The notes under the pieces: model-generated | Database searches by the model: none | What the model was told of the DNA's origin: nothing | What the model saw: the letters and a program-made list of their open reading frames with translations, nothing else | DNA from: Candidatus Caldarchaeales archaeon | GTDB taxonomy: Archaea; Thermoproteota; Nitrososphaeria_A; Caldarchaeales; Calditenuaceae | Length of the DNA stretch: 64,000 nt | Assembly (NCBI GenBank): GCA_039630085.1 | Contig: JBCNVM010000002.1 | Span: 32,001 to 96,000 of the forward strand | Direction: 5' to 3' | In this document: one piece after another, positions 1 through 9,516 of the stretch | How positions within the stretch are numbered: the first letter of the stretch is position 1 | Layout of the letters: every line of letters starts with the position of its first letter | Made by a program: the position numbers and the translations under genes

Positions 1-1032
1 GCGATCTTCACGACGATGGTCGCGGGCTACCTGGTCGACAGGCTCGGGAGGCGGAGGCTCTTGGGTGCGGGGCTCGCCGCGGACCTCCTCCTGATGTTCG
101 GCTACGCGCTCTCTACGAGTCCGCTCCAGCTGCTCGCGGTCAGGATCGCCCACGCGGTCGCCGACGCCTTCGTCGTCCCGTCGGCCCTCGCGACGATCGG
201 AGACCTGTTCCAGAGGGTCTTAGGCAGGTCGCTGGCGATCTACTGGACCTTCGTGGCCGTCGCGATAATCGTCGGGTCCGGGAGCGCGAGCGCCCTCGTG
301 CTGAGGTTCGGGCACCCCAGCGTGTACCTGGTCGTCGCCGCCGCGATGGCCGCGACGCTGATCGCGCTCAGGTTCGGTGGTTACGCGCGGAGGGAAGAAG
401 GTCGCGACGGACGCGGCCCCTACTGGGCCCTGATCTCAGCGCACCTCCTGCCGATCGCCCTCGCGTCGGCGGCCATGCTCTCGATGTACCTGGTCATAGG
501 AGGGGTCATCGGCACCGCTCCGTCGGTGCTCGTGGAGAGGGGCGGACTCGACGAGAGGGGAGCTGCCGCGATGGTCGGGCTGTTCATGGCCCTTTCGACC
601 GGGGTCGCGATACCTCTATTCTTCGCCGCGGAGCAAGTCGCCTCGAGGGTCTCGCCTTACGCGGGAGCGGCAGTCGGCTTGGTCGCGGCCTCCGCAGCTT
701 CTTACCTCCTCGACGCGGGGCTGACCTTCATGGCGCTCTGGCACGCCAGCGCGGTCGCGTTCGGCGTCACCCTCGGCTTCGTCTTCCTGACCTCCTCGTA
801 CATCGCGGTCTCCCTGCCCTCCGCGGTCCGGGGCACAGCCTCGGGGCTCTCTCAAGGGATGGGGCTGATGGGGGTGGTCGCGGGCTCGCTGATCTCGGCG
901 GTCGTCGCTGGCCTCGACCTGCCGCTCGGGACGTTCACGATGATGGGCCTTCCCTCCCTGGCGACCGCTGGCCTGGCGGCTGCAGTCTTCGTCCGTCGAG
1001 GTCGCGGCGGGAAACCCGAAAATAGAGCCTGA
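1..1032 (+). CDS. MFS transporter (5' part probably outside window)
   Basis: MFS motif A 'GYLVDRLGRRR' near the start, many hydrophobic helices; frame is open to the window edge. Confidence 0.85.
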   Translation, partial: AIFTTMVAGYLVDRLGRRRLLGAGLAADLLLMFGYALSTSPLQLLAVRIAHAVADAFVVPSALATIGDLFQRVLGRSLAIYWTFVAVAIIVGSGSASALVLRFGHPSVYLVVAAAMAATLIALRFGGYARREEGRDGRGPYWALISAHLLPIALASAAMLSMYLVIGGVIGTAPSVLVERGGLDERGAAAMVGLFMALSTGVAIPLFFAAEQVASRVSPYAGAAVGLVAASAASYLLDAGLTFMALWHASAVAFGVTLGFVFLTSSYIAVSLPSAVRGTASGLSQGMGLMGVVAGSLISAVVAGLDLPLGTFTMMGLPSLATAGLAAAVFVRRGRGGKPENRA

Positions 1033-1045
1033 GCCGTGTATTCCC

Positions 1046-1594
1046 GTGAGCACTAAGGTCTCGAAGGAACAGATCGAGGCCTTCGTGAAGACCTGGCTCG
1101 GATACGTCGAGTCGGAAAAGGAAAGGACCGGGCTCCCGATCGTGGGGGACGAGAAGAGCGGCGACCCGCTCTTCGTCGACCAGAGGGAGATCAGGCTCAG
1201 GTACCTCATCCCCGTCAAGAGGATCTCCCAGTTCTTCGAGGGCCTGAAGAGGAACGAGGTCCTCTACACCGAGTGCAAGAGATGCGGGTTCAAGTTCTTC
1301 CCGCCCCAGTCCGACTGCTCCAAGTGCGGCTCCAGCGAGATGGAGTGGAAGAAGGTCGAGGGCGAGGGCACGCTCCTCACGTACACGAAGATCCTCGTCA
1401 AACCGGCGAGCTTCATGCACTACGACGACTACATCGTCGGGATCGCGAGGATGAAGGAGGGCTTCAACGTCCTCGCGTGGGTGAGGGCAGGCGACGTCTC
1501 GGAGCTGAAGGTCGGGATGCCGGTGCGGCTCGAGGTGGAGAGGAGGCAGGAGGACAACTACTTCACGTACGTGCTGGTACCCCTGAGGTCTTGA
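1046..1594 (+). CDS. Zn-ribbon/OB-fold protein (DUF35 family)
   Basis: CKRC..FFPP..DCSKC followed by 'GEGTLLTYT' and 'LKVGMPV' OB-fold motifs. Confidence 0.85.
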   Translation: MSTKVSKEQIEAFVKTWLGYVESEKERTGLPIVGDEKSGDPLFVDQREIRLRYLIPVKRISQFFEGLKRNEVLYTECKRCGFKFFPPQSDCSKCGSSEMEWKKVEGEGTLLTYTKILVKPASFMHYDDYIVGIARMKEGFNVLAWVRAGDVSELKVGMPVRLEVERRQEDNYFTYVLVPLRS

Positions 1595-2391
1595 CGCTCG
1601 GCCTGACGCTGAGCGAGTTAAGGTCGATCGTCGAGGAGGCGAAAGGGGTCCTCTCGGCCGAGCCCGCGGTCCTGAGGGTCAGGGCCAGCAGGGTCCTCGC
1701 GGTCGGGGACCTACACGGCGACATCGAGTCCCTGGAGTCGTCGCTGGAGCTGATGGACCAGTACGACGCGCTGCTCTTCCTCGGGGACTTCGTCGACAGG
1801 GGGCCCTACCAGCTCGAGGTCCTCGTGGAGCTGATGCGGGCGAAGGTCGAGTCCCGGGACAGGGTCCTGTTGATCAGAGGGAACCACGAGACCGCCACGA
1901 TGAACCACGCCTACGGGTTCTACCACGTCGTCGCGAGGAGGTTCGGAGCCGGAGCCTACGGCCTGGTGGCGGACCTGTTCTCGGAGCTCCCGATCTTCGC
2001 GGTCGTCAACGGCGAGACGATGGCCGTACACGGGGGCATACCGAGGGGCGTGGGCTCGGTCGGCGAGCTGATGGACGTCAGGAAGCAGGGCGAGGACCTC
2101 GAGGACGACGTTGTGATCCAGATGCTCTGGAACGACCCCGACGAGTCGATCGAGGACTTCGGGCCGAGCTGGAGGGGCCCCGGGATCTACACCTACGGCA
2201 GGCGCGCGGTCTCGAGATTCCTCTCGGCCTCAGGGCTGAAGAGGATCGTGAGGGCCCACGAGCCCGAGCTGAACGGCCTTCGGTTCAGCTTCGGCGGGTC
2301 CGTGGTCACCGTCTTCTCCTGCAGGCACTACGGGATCTCGCCTGCGGCCCTCGAGCTGGGCCCCGACGGACCCAAGAGGGTGCAGCTGTAG
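1591..2391 (+). CDS. PPP-family Ser/Thr protein phosphatase (metallophosphoesterase)
   Basis: GDLHG, GDFVDRG, RGNHE, HGG, LWNDP and RAHE motifs; TTG start overlapping the upstream stop chosen instead of the ORF-track start at 1273. Confidence 0.88.
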   Translation: MTLGLTLSELRSIVEEAKGVLSAEPAVLRVRASRVLAVGDLHGDIESLESSLELMDQYDALLFLGDFVDRGPYQLEVLVELMRAKVESRDRVLLIRGNHETATMNHAYGFYHVVARRFGAGAYGLVADLFSELPIFAVVNGETMAVHGGIPRGVGSVGELMDVRKQGEDLEDDVVIQMLWNDPDESIEDFGPSWRGPGIYTYGRRAVSRFLSASGLKRIVRAHEPELNGLRFSFGGSVVTVFSCRHYGISPAALELGPDGPKRVQL

Positions 2392-2394
2392 GAA

Positions 2395-3273
2395 TTGAGG
2401 CTGAGGGATGTCCTGGACCCGAGGGCCCTCGCGGACTCGCTCTCAGCCGGGGTTAGGTTCAGGAGGGCGTTCGCGGTCTTCGGCATCGCGGCCGCGCTGG
2501 TCGCGACCTCCGGCGTCGTCAACACGGTCCTCCTCACCGAGTGGGTCTACCCTTTCACATCGTTCAGGGAGATCGTCCTGCCCTTCACCTCCGCGAGGGA
2601 CGTCGCGTTTGCCTCGGTCGGGTACCTCGTGATGGGGACGGTCGTGGTCACGTTCACGCTGGCGGCGTTCTCCTACACCTCGGGCAGAAGGGGCTTCTCC
2701 GCGGAGCTGGTCTCGGTGGTGCTTCACGCAACGGCCTTCGTCGCGCTGGCCTCCGCGCTGGTCCTCGCCTACGGACTCGTCGCCGAGCAGAGGACCTTCT
2801 ACGTGGTCGGAGTCGAGGTCGAGGGCTTCAAGGCCGAAAACGTCACCTACGCCGGCCAGCTCGTCGGGAGCGCCGAGGAGGTCAGGGGCGTCGCCGATGT
2901 CGCGAGGGCGAAGAGGCTCGAGATGAGGGTCGAGCCGGAGGACGTAAGTTCCCTCAGGGACGGGAAATTCAGGGAGAGGGTGGTGCTGAGGGGGCTTGCC
3001 GTGAGGGCCAACCGGACCGTATTGGAGGTCGGCGACGTCGTGGTCAGCTCGATCAGGTACGACCTGATGTCCTACGAGTCCCTCGAGTCCGTGGACTTTG
3101 TCCCGAGGGTCCAGAGGGAGCCCGTCTCCGCAGCGATCTCCGTCGGCGGCTGGATATCGATGGTCGTCCACTCTTGCTGGACGCTCAAGATCAGGATGAG
3201 GGCTGGAACGCGCTGGGCCGTCGGCGCGACTGCTGCTGTCACGGCCGTCCTGCTGATCCTCGGGATCCTGTGA
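2395..3273 (+). CDS. Hypothetical membrane protein with a soluble beta-rich insertion
   Basis: About 5 hydrophobic segments; native codon usage; operonic with the upstream genes. Confidence 0.6.
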   Translation: MRLRDVLDPRALADSLSAGVRFRRAFAVFGIAAALVATSGVVNTVLLTEWVYPFTSFREIVLPFTSARDVAFASVGYLVMGTVVVTFTLAAFSYTSGRRGFSAELVSVVLHATAFVALASALVLAYGLVAEQRTFYVVGVEVEGFKAENVTYAGQLVGSAEEVRGVADVARAKRLEMRVEPEDVSSLRDGKFRERVVLRGLAVRANRTVLEVGDVVVSSIRYDLMSYESLESVDFVPRVQREPVSAAISVGGWISMVVHSCWTLKIRMRAGTRWAVGATAAVTAVLLILGIL

Positions 3274-3985
3274 CCCTGCCCGACCTGTCGATCTCTCCGG
3301 CCCTGACTCTGGTGCTGGAGACAGGGAGGCCGTCCTCCGCGAGCACGACGGGCCCGACCTCCACGGCAATCGGAGGCCTGCTCGAGGATGACCGCTCCGC
3401 AGCGATCCTGAGGCAGTTCTTGATGGTGAAGGGGCTCCCCACGACGACGTCGAAGCTCTCGTCGGTCACCGGCGGCCCGAGGGGGTCGTCGAGCTCGCCG
3501 ATCTCGCACCTGCCCGCCCAGCCGTGCCTCCTCACCGCCTCCTCCAGCTCCCTCCTCCGGTCCTCGTAGCTCATGATCCCCCTCTTCCCCATGCTTACCG
3601 CGAAGCCGTCGGTGACCAGCCCGATGAAGACCCTCTCGGCCTCCCTGAAGGCTGCGTTGAAGAGCGCGAGGTGTCCGACGTGGAGCCTGTCGAAGGTCCC
3701 GCCTATTCCGGCCCTCCTGTACCTCGGCCTGACGTGCCTGCTCAGCCTGATCTCGTCGAGGACCTCGTCCCACCAGAGCCTCGAGGACCTCAGCAGCACG
3801 AGCCCCACGCCCCTCGGCACGCCGAGCGCCCTCGAGAGCGCCTCGTGGTCGACCTTTGGGTTCGTGACGGCGATCTCAGCGGCGAGGGCCCTGAGCTCCC
3901 TGTAGTTCGGCATCGACCTCACGGCCTCGAAGAGCACCGAGTAGAGCAGCTCCGCCGACGCCGCCCTGCTCCGGTTCCCGGGCAA
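3239..3985 (-). CDS. coaD: Archaeal/eukaryote-type phosphopantetheine adenylyltransferase with N-terminal extension
   Basis: GGTFDRLHVGH, 'DDPLGP' and 'DGLPVSSTRVRAGEID' motifs. Confidence 0.85.
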   Translation of the reverse strand: MPGNRSRAASAELLYSVLFEAVRSMPNYRELRALAAEIAVTNPKVDHEALSRALGVPRGVGLVLLRSSRLWWDEVLDEIRLSRHVRPRYRRAGIGGTFDRLHVGHLALFNAAFREAERVFIGLVTDGFAVSMGKRGIMSYEDRRRELEEAVRRHGWAGRCEIGELDDPLGPPVTDESFDVVVGSPFTIKNCLRIAAERSSSSRPPIAVEVGPVVLAEDGLPVSSTRVRAGEIDRSGRVTGSRGSAGRP

Positions 3986-4074
3986 TCCGGCCCACCACGA
4001 CCTCCCCTCACGTGAAAAATCCTCCTTTCGGAGGGGAGTTAGGCATTTTACCGGAGTTCCGGTCAGGGAGGTGG

Positions 4075-4959
4075 ATGAAGGGCCAGCGCGAGATGACCTT
4101 CCTCGAGCACCTGATCGAGCTGAGGAACAGAGTCAAGGTCGTCATCGTCTCGTTCGTGGTCGCACTGGTCTTCTGGCTCGCCTTCCCCAAGGACCTGCTG
4201 GCCCTCAACCCGAACCCCGAGGGCCTCCTGACCGGTCAGTACGTCCCGGTCATCAACCTGGTCCTCGAGAGGACGCTCCAGCTCGCGGAGGGCAGGGTTA
4301 AGGTCATCGCGGGGACGCTCACCTCGCCGCTGGAGGTGTACTTCATCGCGTCGGCGCTGATGGCCCTCATCACGGTCTCCCCCGTCATCGCGTACGAGCT
4401 CTACATGTACGTCGACCCGGCGCTCTACCCGCACGAGAGGAGGCTCGTCTGGGGCTTCATGGCCGCCTTCGTCGGGCTCTTCGCCTTCGGTGCCACCTTC
4501 TGCTACTTCGCCGTGATGCCGCTGGTCATCAGGTTCATGCACATCTTCGCGGAGATAGTGGGCGCGGAGTTCGTCGTGACGGCTGTCGACTACTACTTCA
4601 TGGTCTTCGCGACCGTGGCCCTCATGGGTTTCCTCTTCACCATACCCGCGGTCTTCGTCCTCCTGGTCAGGCTCGGGGTCGTTAGCACCTCGATCGTGAC
4701 GAAGAACAGGCTCTACGTCTACGGGCTCCTCTACATCGCGATCGCACTCATCACGCCGGACGGCTGGCTGGTCGCGAACACCGTCCTCTTCCTGCCGATG
4801 GTGGCGCTGACGGAGACCGCAGTCCTGATCGCGAGGAGGTTCGAGAGGAGGAGGGAGATGGAGGCGAGGGGGCCGCCGATGAGGGACTGCAAGTTCTGCG
4901 GGTTCAGGATGCCCGAGGACGAGGCCTTCTGCCCGAGTTGCGGCAGGGCTCAGGAGTGA
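4075..4959 (+). CDS. tatC: Twin-arginine translocase TatC with C-terminal zinc ribbon
   Basis: 'EMTFLEHLIELRNR', 'PALYPHE', 'ALITPD'; C-terminal CKFC..CPSC. Confidence 0.9.
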   Translation: MKGQREMTFLEHLIELRNRVKVVIVSFVVALVFWLAFPKDLLALNPNPEGLLTGQYVPVINLVLERTLQLAEGRVKVIAGTLTSPLEVYFIASALMALITVSPVIAYELYMYVDPALYPHERRLVWGFMAAFVGLFAFGATFCYFAVMPLVIRFMHIFAEIVGAEFVVTAVDYYFMVFATVALMGFLFTIPAVFVLLVRLGVVSTSIVTKNRLYVYGLLYIAIALITPDGWLVANTVLFLPMVALTETAVLIARRFERRREMEARGPPMRDCKFCGFRMPEDEAFCPSCGRAQE

Positions 4960-5282
4960 CGGGCCTGGGCGCGGAGCCTCTCCTTGACCTTCCGGATCGA
5001 GCCCGAGGCCGTGACGACGTCCAGCGCGACCGGCACCCCGCCGACCTCCGAGACGCTCGAGGCCGCCAGCACGACCCTCCAGACCGAGCTCAGGGAGCAC
5101 CTGAGGACCAGCTCGCCCTTGGACTCGTCGGACCAGGCCAGCTTCAGGTTCGCTCTGGCGGACTCGATCTGACCGTAGAGCCTCTCGAGGGCGTTCAGGA
5201 CCGCACCGTGGACCGCAGCAGGGTCCGGCGGGTCGCCCCTCGACCTCACCTTAACCCCCAGGTACCTCCTCTTCGCCCTCAA
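4950..5282 (-). CDS. rnp2: RNase P protein Pop5/Rpp14
   Basis: 'KRRYL' N-terminus and 'SGSIRKVKE' C-terminus. Confidence 0.85.
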   Translation of the reverse strand: MRAKRRYLGVKVRSRGDPPDPAAVHGAVLNALERLYGQIESARANLKLAWSDESKGELVLRCSLSSVWRVVLAASSVSEVGGVPVALDVVTASGSIRKVKERLRAQARHS

Positions 5283-5940
5283 CCGACCACACGCCCCTAG
5301 GGTCAGAGAGCCCCGAGAGCCTCCTCGCGTTCTCGATGACGATCGCCTCGGGCAGCCTCGAGACCGAGTCCAACGCCAGCTCGGGCCTGAAACCGGTCCC
5401 GGTCAATAGCGAAGCCAGCTGGACCGGCCTCCTCATCCCGAGCCAATCGGATGCCCCCGAGGTCACGACGACCCTCACCCTCCCCCTCTCGATCCACCTC
5501 GAGGACCTGAAGAGCCACGAGGCGAAGGAGCGCGGGTCCCTCAGGAACTCCGCGAGCCTCAGCTCGACCGCGTTCCTAGCGACCTCGGCGACGTGCCCGT
5601 CGATCGGGATCATCTGCTCCACGGGCGCCACCACTAGGTCCACCCTCGAGTCCCTCAGCGCGGCCATCAGCACCTCCCTGCTGAAGGCCCTGACCGCGAC
5701 GACGTGGTGCCTCCACCTAGCCCTCCTCAGCTCGACGTAGAGCTCGTTTACGGACCTCGGCAGGACTGTGATTCTGCTGTAGACCTCGACGCCGCGGGCG
5801 ACGTCCCGGAGCCCCTCGACCCGCGAACCTGTGAGCTCGACCGCGACGCCCTTGAACCCGAGGGACGCGGCGGTCCCGACGAGCGACTCGGCCTCAGTGG
5901 AGGAACTCGCGATCAGCCCGACGTCGTAGTACCTCCTCAC
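5251..5940 (-). CDS. rnp3: RNase P protein Rpp30
   Basis: PHP-like fold; 'RVDLV', 'VVTSGA...MRRP'; adjacent to Pop5; GTG start (RRYYD) chosen. Confidence 0.8.
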   Translation of the reverse strand: MRRYYDVGLIASSSTEAESLVGTAASLGFKGVAVELTGSRVEGLRDVARGVEVYSRITVLPRSVNELYVELRRARWRHHVVAVRAFSREVLMAALRDSRVDLVVAPVEQMIPIDGHVAEVARNAVELRLAEFLRDPRSFASWLFRSSRWIERGRVRVVVTSGASDWLGMRRPVQLASLLTGTGFRPELALDSVSRLPEAIVIENARRLSGLSDPRGVWSVEGEEEVPGG

Positions 5941-6308
5941 GTCCTCTGCCTCCGGACCTCGACCTTGATCGCGTCCCGCTCCGAGAGGACCAGCTCGCCT
6001 AGGTAGGCCGCCTGCTTGCCGAGCCTGATGTGGACGACCTCCTGCGATCCGAGGGTCTCGGTCCTCTCGGCGACGTAGTGCTCGGGCAGGAAGGAGAGCA
6101 ACCTCCCCGCCACCCGCTCCGCCTCCTCGCCCCTCAGCTCGACCTCGACGACCGAGAGGGGCTCCCCGAAGATGCCGGTCGTCCGCGTCCAACGGGCTGC
6201 GCCGCTCGCGTCGACCCCCAGCGCGTTCGATATCGCCCTCAGGACCTTCTCCTCGGACTCGGTCGCGTAGCAGATCGCCCTCGCCGTGACGGAAGTCGCC
6301 CTTCGCAC
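5937..6308 (-). CDS. Exosome/RNase P operon RNA-binding protein (DUF54)
   Basis: 'YATESEEKV', 'GIFGEP', 'IRLGKQAAY' motifs. Confidence 0.8.
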   Translation of the reverse strand: MRRATSVTARAICYATESEEKVLRAISNALGVDASGAARWTRTTGIFGEPLSVVEVELRGEEAERVAGRLLSFLPEHYVAERTETLGSQEVVHIRLGKQAAYLGELVLSERDAIKVEVRRQRT

Positions 6309-6309
6309 C

Positions 6310-6843
6310 TCAGTACCACCTGTCCTTCAGTCCGATCAGGTAGGCTCCGGCGTTGGTCCCGACGTGAAGGGCCGCGGTGACCGCCATCAGAAGCGCGACC
6401 GTCAGCGGGTCAGCCCAGCGTGGAGGGCCGAAGGCCGTCCAAGAGACCGCGAAGGCCGTGACGAGGAACCCGAGCTGGTCGAGGACCGGGACTGACGCTC
6501 CCCTCTCGACGCCTGCCCGCCTCTTCGCGAACGAGCCCAGCACGTCGCCGAGCATCGCGCCCACCGAGAGCAGGACCGGCTCGGACGCGTGCCTGAAAGT
6601 CCCCGGTGAGAGCAGCAGGACTGAGAGGCCGACTGCGCTCCCCGCGGCTATCCCGGTCACCAGGCCCTCGACCGTCTTCCCGTCGCCGAGCAGCCTCCTG
6701 CCGTCGAGGAACGTCCTCCCGAAGTCGAGCGGATGGGTCGAGCCCACGAGCCTGACCACCACGACCGGCGCGCCGTTGGCGACGTATGCGGGAACGACGT
6801 AGACCAGCGCGGCCAGCAGCCTCCAGATGATCCCCTCCTCCAT
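6310..6843 (-). CDS. carS: CDP-archaeol synthase
   Basis: 'PAYVANGAP', 'DGRRLLGDGKT', 'GDVLGSFAKRR', 'LDQL' motifs. Confidence 0.92.
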   Translation of the reverse strand: MEEGIIWRLLAALVYVVPAYVANGAPVVVVRLVGSTHPLDFGRTFLDGRRLLGDGKTVEGLVTGIAAGSAVGLSVLLLSPGTFRHASEPVLLSVGAMLGDVLGSFAKRRAGVERGASVPVLDQLGFLVTAFAVSWTAFGPPRWADPLTVALLMAVTAALHVGTNAGAYLIGLKDRWY

Positions 6844-6905
6844 CCGGCCTTCGATCGGGCCGACCTGCTAATGGGTTCTATGCAGGACCTCGAGGGGTGG
6901 AGGGC

Positions 6906-7370
6906 TCAGAACTCCGCCTCGCCGATGTCGCCTTCGGGTCCGTAGTCGAAGGCCTGGTCCTCCGCGAGCATGAACCCGAGGCTCTGGAGCATCAACAGGT
7001 CGAGCAGGTGAAGGCTGACCAGCATCGGGAGAAGCGCTTGGTACTGCGTCAGGAGCTCTTGCACGCCCTCCTCGTCGCCCTCCTCGGCCCTCCTCCTTAT
7101 CTCCTCCGCCACCCTCTCGAGGTCCCTCCTCGCCGCCTCCGCCTCGTTCCTGCCCCTCTCGGTGAGCGAGTAGACCGTCCTCCTCCTCAGGAAGCCCTTC
7201 ACCTCCTGCGACGCGACCAGCCCCGCGGCCTCGAGCGATATCAGCGCCGACTCGACCTCGGACCTCCGCAGGCCCGTCCTGTCAGCGACCTCAGCCGCCG
7301 TGACCGGGCCCTCGAGGAGCGCCGCGAGCACCAAGCTCCTCCTCGTCGTCCAGTCCTCCTGCGCCGACAT
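6906..7370 (-). CDS. Winged-helix transcriptional regulator
   Basis: wHTH 'TAAEVADRTGL..LISLEAAGLV..YSLTERG'. Confidence 0.7.
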   Translation of the reverse strand: MSAQEDWTTRRSLVLAALLEGPVTAAEVADRTGLRRSEVESALISLEAAGLVASQEVKGFLRRRTVYSLTERGRNEAEAARRDLERVAEEIRRRAEEGDEEGVQELLTQYQALLPMLVSLHLLDLLMLQSLGFMLAEDQAFDYGPEGDIGEAEF

Positions 7371-7439
7371 CGGGGAGACGGGTCGTTTGGATCTTATTTA
7401 ATTGACGCGGCGATTCACGAATCGATCTCCGGAAGACAC

Positions 7440-7445
7440 TTAAAT
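7440..7445 (+). promoter_or_regulatory. TATA box of fbp (likely leaderless transcript)
   Basis: TTAAAT about 25 nt upstream of ATG 7469 in a high-GC background. Confidence 0.55.
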
Positions 7446-7468
7446 TCGGCTCGGGTCGGAGAGATCCG

Positions 7469-8611
7469 ATGAGGGTAACGGTCTCGGTCATCAAGGCCGA
7501 CGTCGGGAGCGTCGCCGGTCACCACAAGCCCCACGCGGAGATGCTCTCCTACGCCGAGAGGAAGATGCGGGAGGCCGAGGAGACGGGGCTGATCTCCTCC
7601 GGTTACGTGACCCACGCGGGCGACGACATCGTCCTCGTGATGACCCACACCCGGGGCGAGAACGACCCCGAGGTCCACGGTCTGGCTTGGAGGACCTTCA
7701 AGGAGATCACCGAGAAGGTCGCGAGGCCCCTGAAGCTCTACGCCGCAGGCCAGGACCTCCTGAGCGACGCCTTCAGCGGCAACGTGAGGGGACTGGGGCC
7801 CGGAGTCGCAGAGCTCGAGTTCGAGGAGAGGCCGTCGGAGCCGATCGTTGTCTTCGCCGCCGACAAGACCGAGCCCGGTGCCTGGAACGTGCCGCTCTAC
7901 AGGATCTTCGCGTCCCCAGATAACACAGCGGGCCTTGTGATCGACCCGAAGCTCCACGCGGGCTTCAAGTTCGAGGTCCTCGACCTGATAGAGTCCGAGT
8001 CGGTCGTCCTCAAGGCGCCCGAGGAGCTCTACGACCTGGTCGCGCTCCTAGGAACTCCGGGCAGGTACGCGGTCTCGAGGGTCCTCAGGGCGATCGACGA
8101 CGAGCCCGCCGCTGCCGCCAGCACGACGAGGCTCAGCCTGATCGCGGGCAGGTACGTCGGGAAGGACGATCCTGTCCTAGTCGTGAGGGCGCAGGCGGGC
8201 TTCCCCGCGGTTGGCGAGATACTGAGCGCCTTCGCGATCCCGCCGGTCGTCAGCGGGTGGATGAGGGGCTCCCACAGGGGTCCCCTGATGCCGGTCTCCT
8301 TCAGGAAGGGCCACAACGTCGTGACGTTCTTCGACGGACCTCCGAGGGTGATCGCGATGGGCTGGCAGGTCTCGAACGGCAGGCTGGTCGGAGTCGAGGG
8401 CAAGGAGCCGGCCGACCTCTTCGACGACCCGTTCTTCGACTACAGCAGGAGGGTCGCGGCGGAGATGGCGATCTACCTCAGGACGATGGGCGAGTTCGAG
8501 CCGGCGAGGCTGGGCCACGAGGAGATGGAGTACACGACCCTTCCCCAGATACTGGAGAGGCTGAGGCCGAGGTTCAGGAAGGTCGAGGAGGGCGTCAGCG
8601 TCAAGCGCTGA
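7469..8611 (+). CDS. fbp: Bifunctional fructose-1,6-bisphosphate aldolase/phosphatase (class V)
   Basis: 'IKADVGS', 'GDDI', 'YAAGQDLL', 'DKTEPGA', 'YVGKDDP', 'GWMRGSH'. Confidence 0.96.
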   Translation: MRVTVSVIKADVGSVAGHHKPHAEMLSYAERKMREAEETGLISSGYVTHAGDDIVLVMTHTRGENDPEVHGLAWRTFKEITEKVARPLKLYAAGQDLLSDAFSGNVRGLGPGVAELEFEERPSEPIVVFAADKTEPGAWNVPLYRIFASPDNTAGLVIDPKLHAGFKFEVLDLIESESVVLKAPEELYDLVALLGTPGRYAVSRVLRAIDDEPAAAASTTRLSLIAGRYVGKDDPVLVVRAQAGFPAVGEILSAFAIPPVVSGWMRGSHRGPLMPVSFRKGHNVVTFFDGPPRVIAMGWQVSNGRLVGVEGKEPADLFDDPFFDYSRRVAAEMAIYLRTMGEFEPARLGHEEMEYTTLPQILERLRPRFRKVEEGVSVKR

Positions 8612-8654
8612 GCGCCGGAACAGGTTTATCCGCGCCCGATCCGTCTCCTGCCCG

Positions 8655-9500
8655 ATGGAGAGGGTCCTGGACTTCCACGTTCATTTGCCTACAGCGTCGT
8701 TCATCTCGACGCTCAGGCCATTCGTGGAGTCGATCAACGCCTACTTCAGGACCAACCTCGTCCAGAGGGACGTCGGCGAGGCGATAGAGGAGCTCAGGGG
8801 CCAAGGAGTCACCAAGGCCGTTCTCCTCCCGATCGACGCGCACAGGTTGACCGGCATTCGGGGTGACACGAACGAGTTGATGGCGAGGATCCAGGACGAG
8901 CACCGGGACTTCTTCGTCTGCTTCGCGACCGTCGACCCACATAGCCCCAAGGCCCCGGAGGACCTCGAGGACGCCCTTACGAGGCTCGGGCTCAGGGGCC
9001 TGAAGCTCCACCCGCAGCTCCAAGACCTAAGGCCGAACGACCCGAAGCTCTACCCGGTCTACGCGGTCGCGGAGAGGCACGGCGTCCCTGTCCTGGTCCA
9101 CACGGGGACATCGGGGATAGGCGCGGGGATGCCGGGGGGAGGCTCGATGAGGCTCGACTACGGAAGGCCGATCCACATGGACGAGGTCGCGGCGATCTTC
9201 CCGAGGCTCAACGTGATACTGGCCCACTTCGGGTGGCCCTGGCACGAGGAGGCCCTCGCGGTCGCGCTCCACAAGAGGAACGTCTACATCGACCTCTCCG
9301 GTTGGCTCCCGAAGTACATCCCGCAGACCGTTTTGAGGTACGTCGACACTCTCCTGAGGCAGAAGGCCCTCTTCGGGAGCGACTACCCGATGCTCAGCCC
9401 CTCGAGGTGCCTCGAGCAGTTTAGGGCGAGCGGCCTCCGCCCCGAGACCCTCGAAAGAGTCCTCTACGCCAACGGAGCAGAGCTCCTCGGACTGACCTGA
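8655..9500 (+). CDS. Amidohydrolase_2 family metal-dependent hydrolase
   Basis: DFHVH, KLHP, HTG, AHFGWP, FGSDYP. Confidence 0.88.
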   Translation: MERVLDFHVHLPTASFISTLRPFVESINAYFRTNLVQRDVGEAIEELRGQGVTKAVLLPIDAHRLTGIRGDTNELMARIQDEHRDFFVCFATVDPHSPKAPEDLEDALTRLGLRGLKLHPQLQDLRPNDPKLYPVYAVAERHGVPVLVHTGTSGIGAGMPGGGSMRLDYGRPIHMDEVAAIFPRLNVILAHFGWPWHEEALAVALHKRNVYIDLSGWLPKYIPQTVLRYVDTLLRQKALFGSDYPMLSPSRCLEQFRASGLRPETLERVLYANGAELLGLT

Positions 9501-9516
9501 CCTATGGCGAGCGAGG

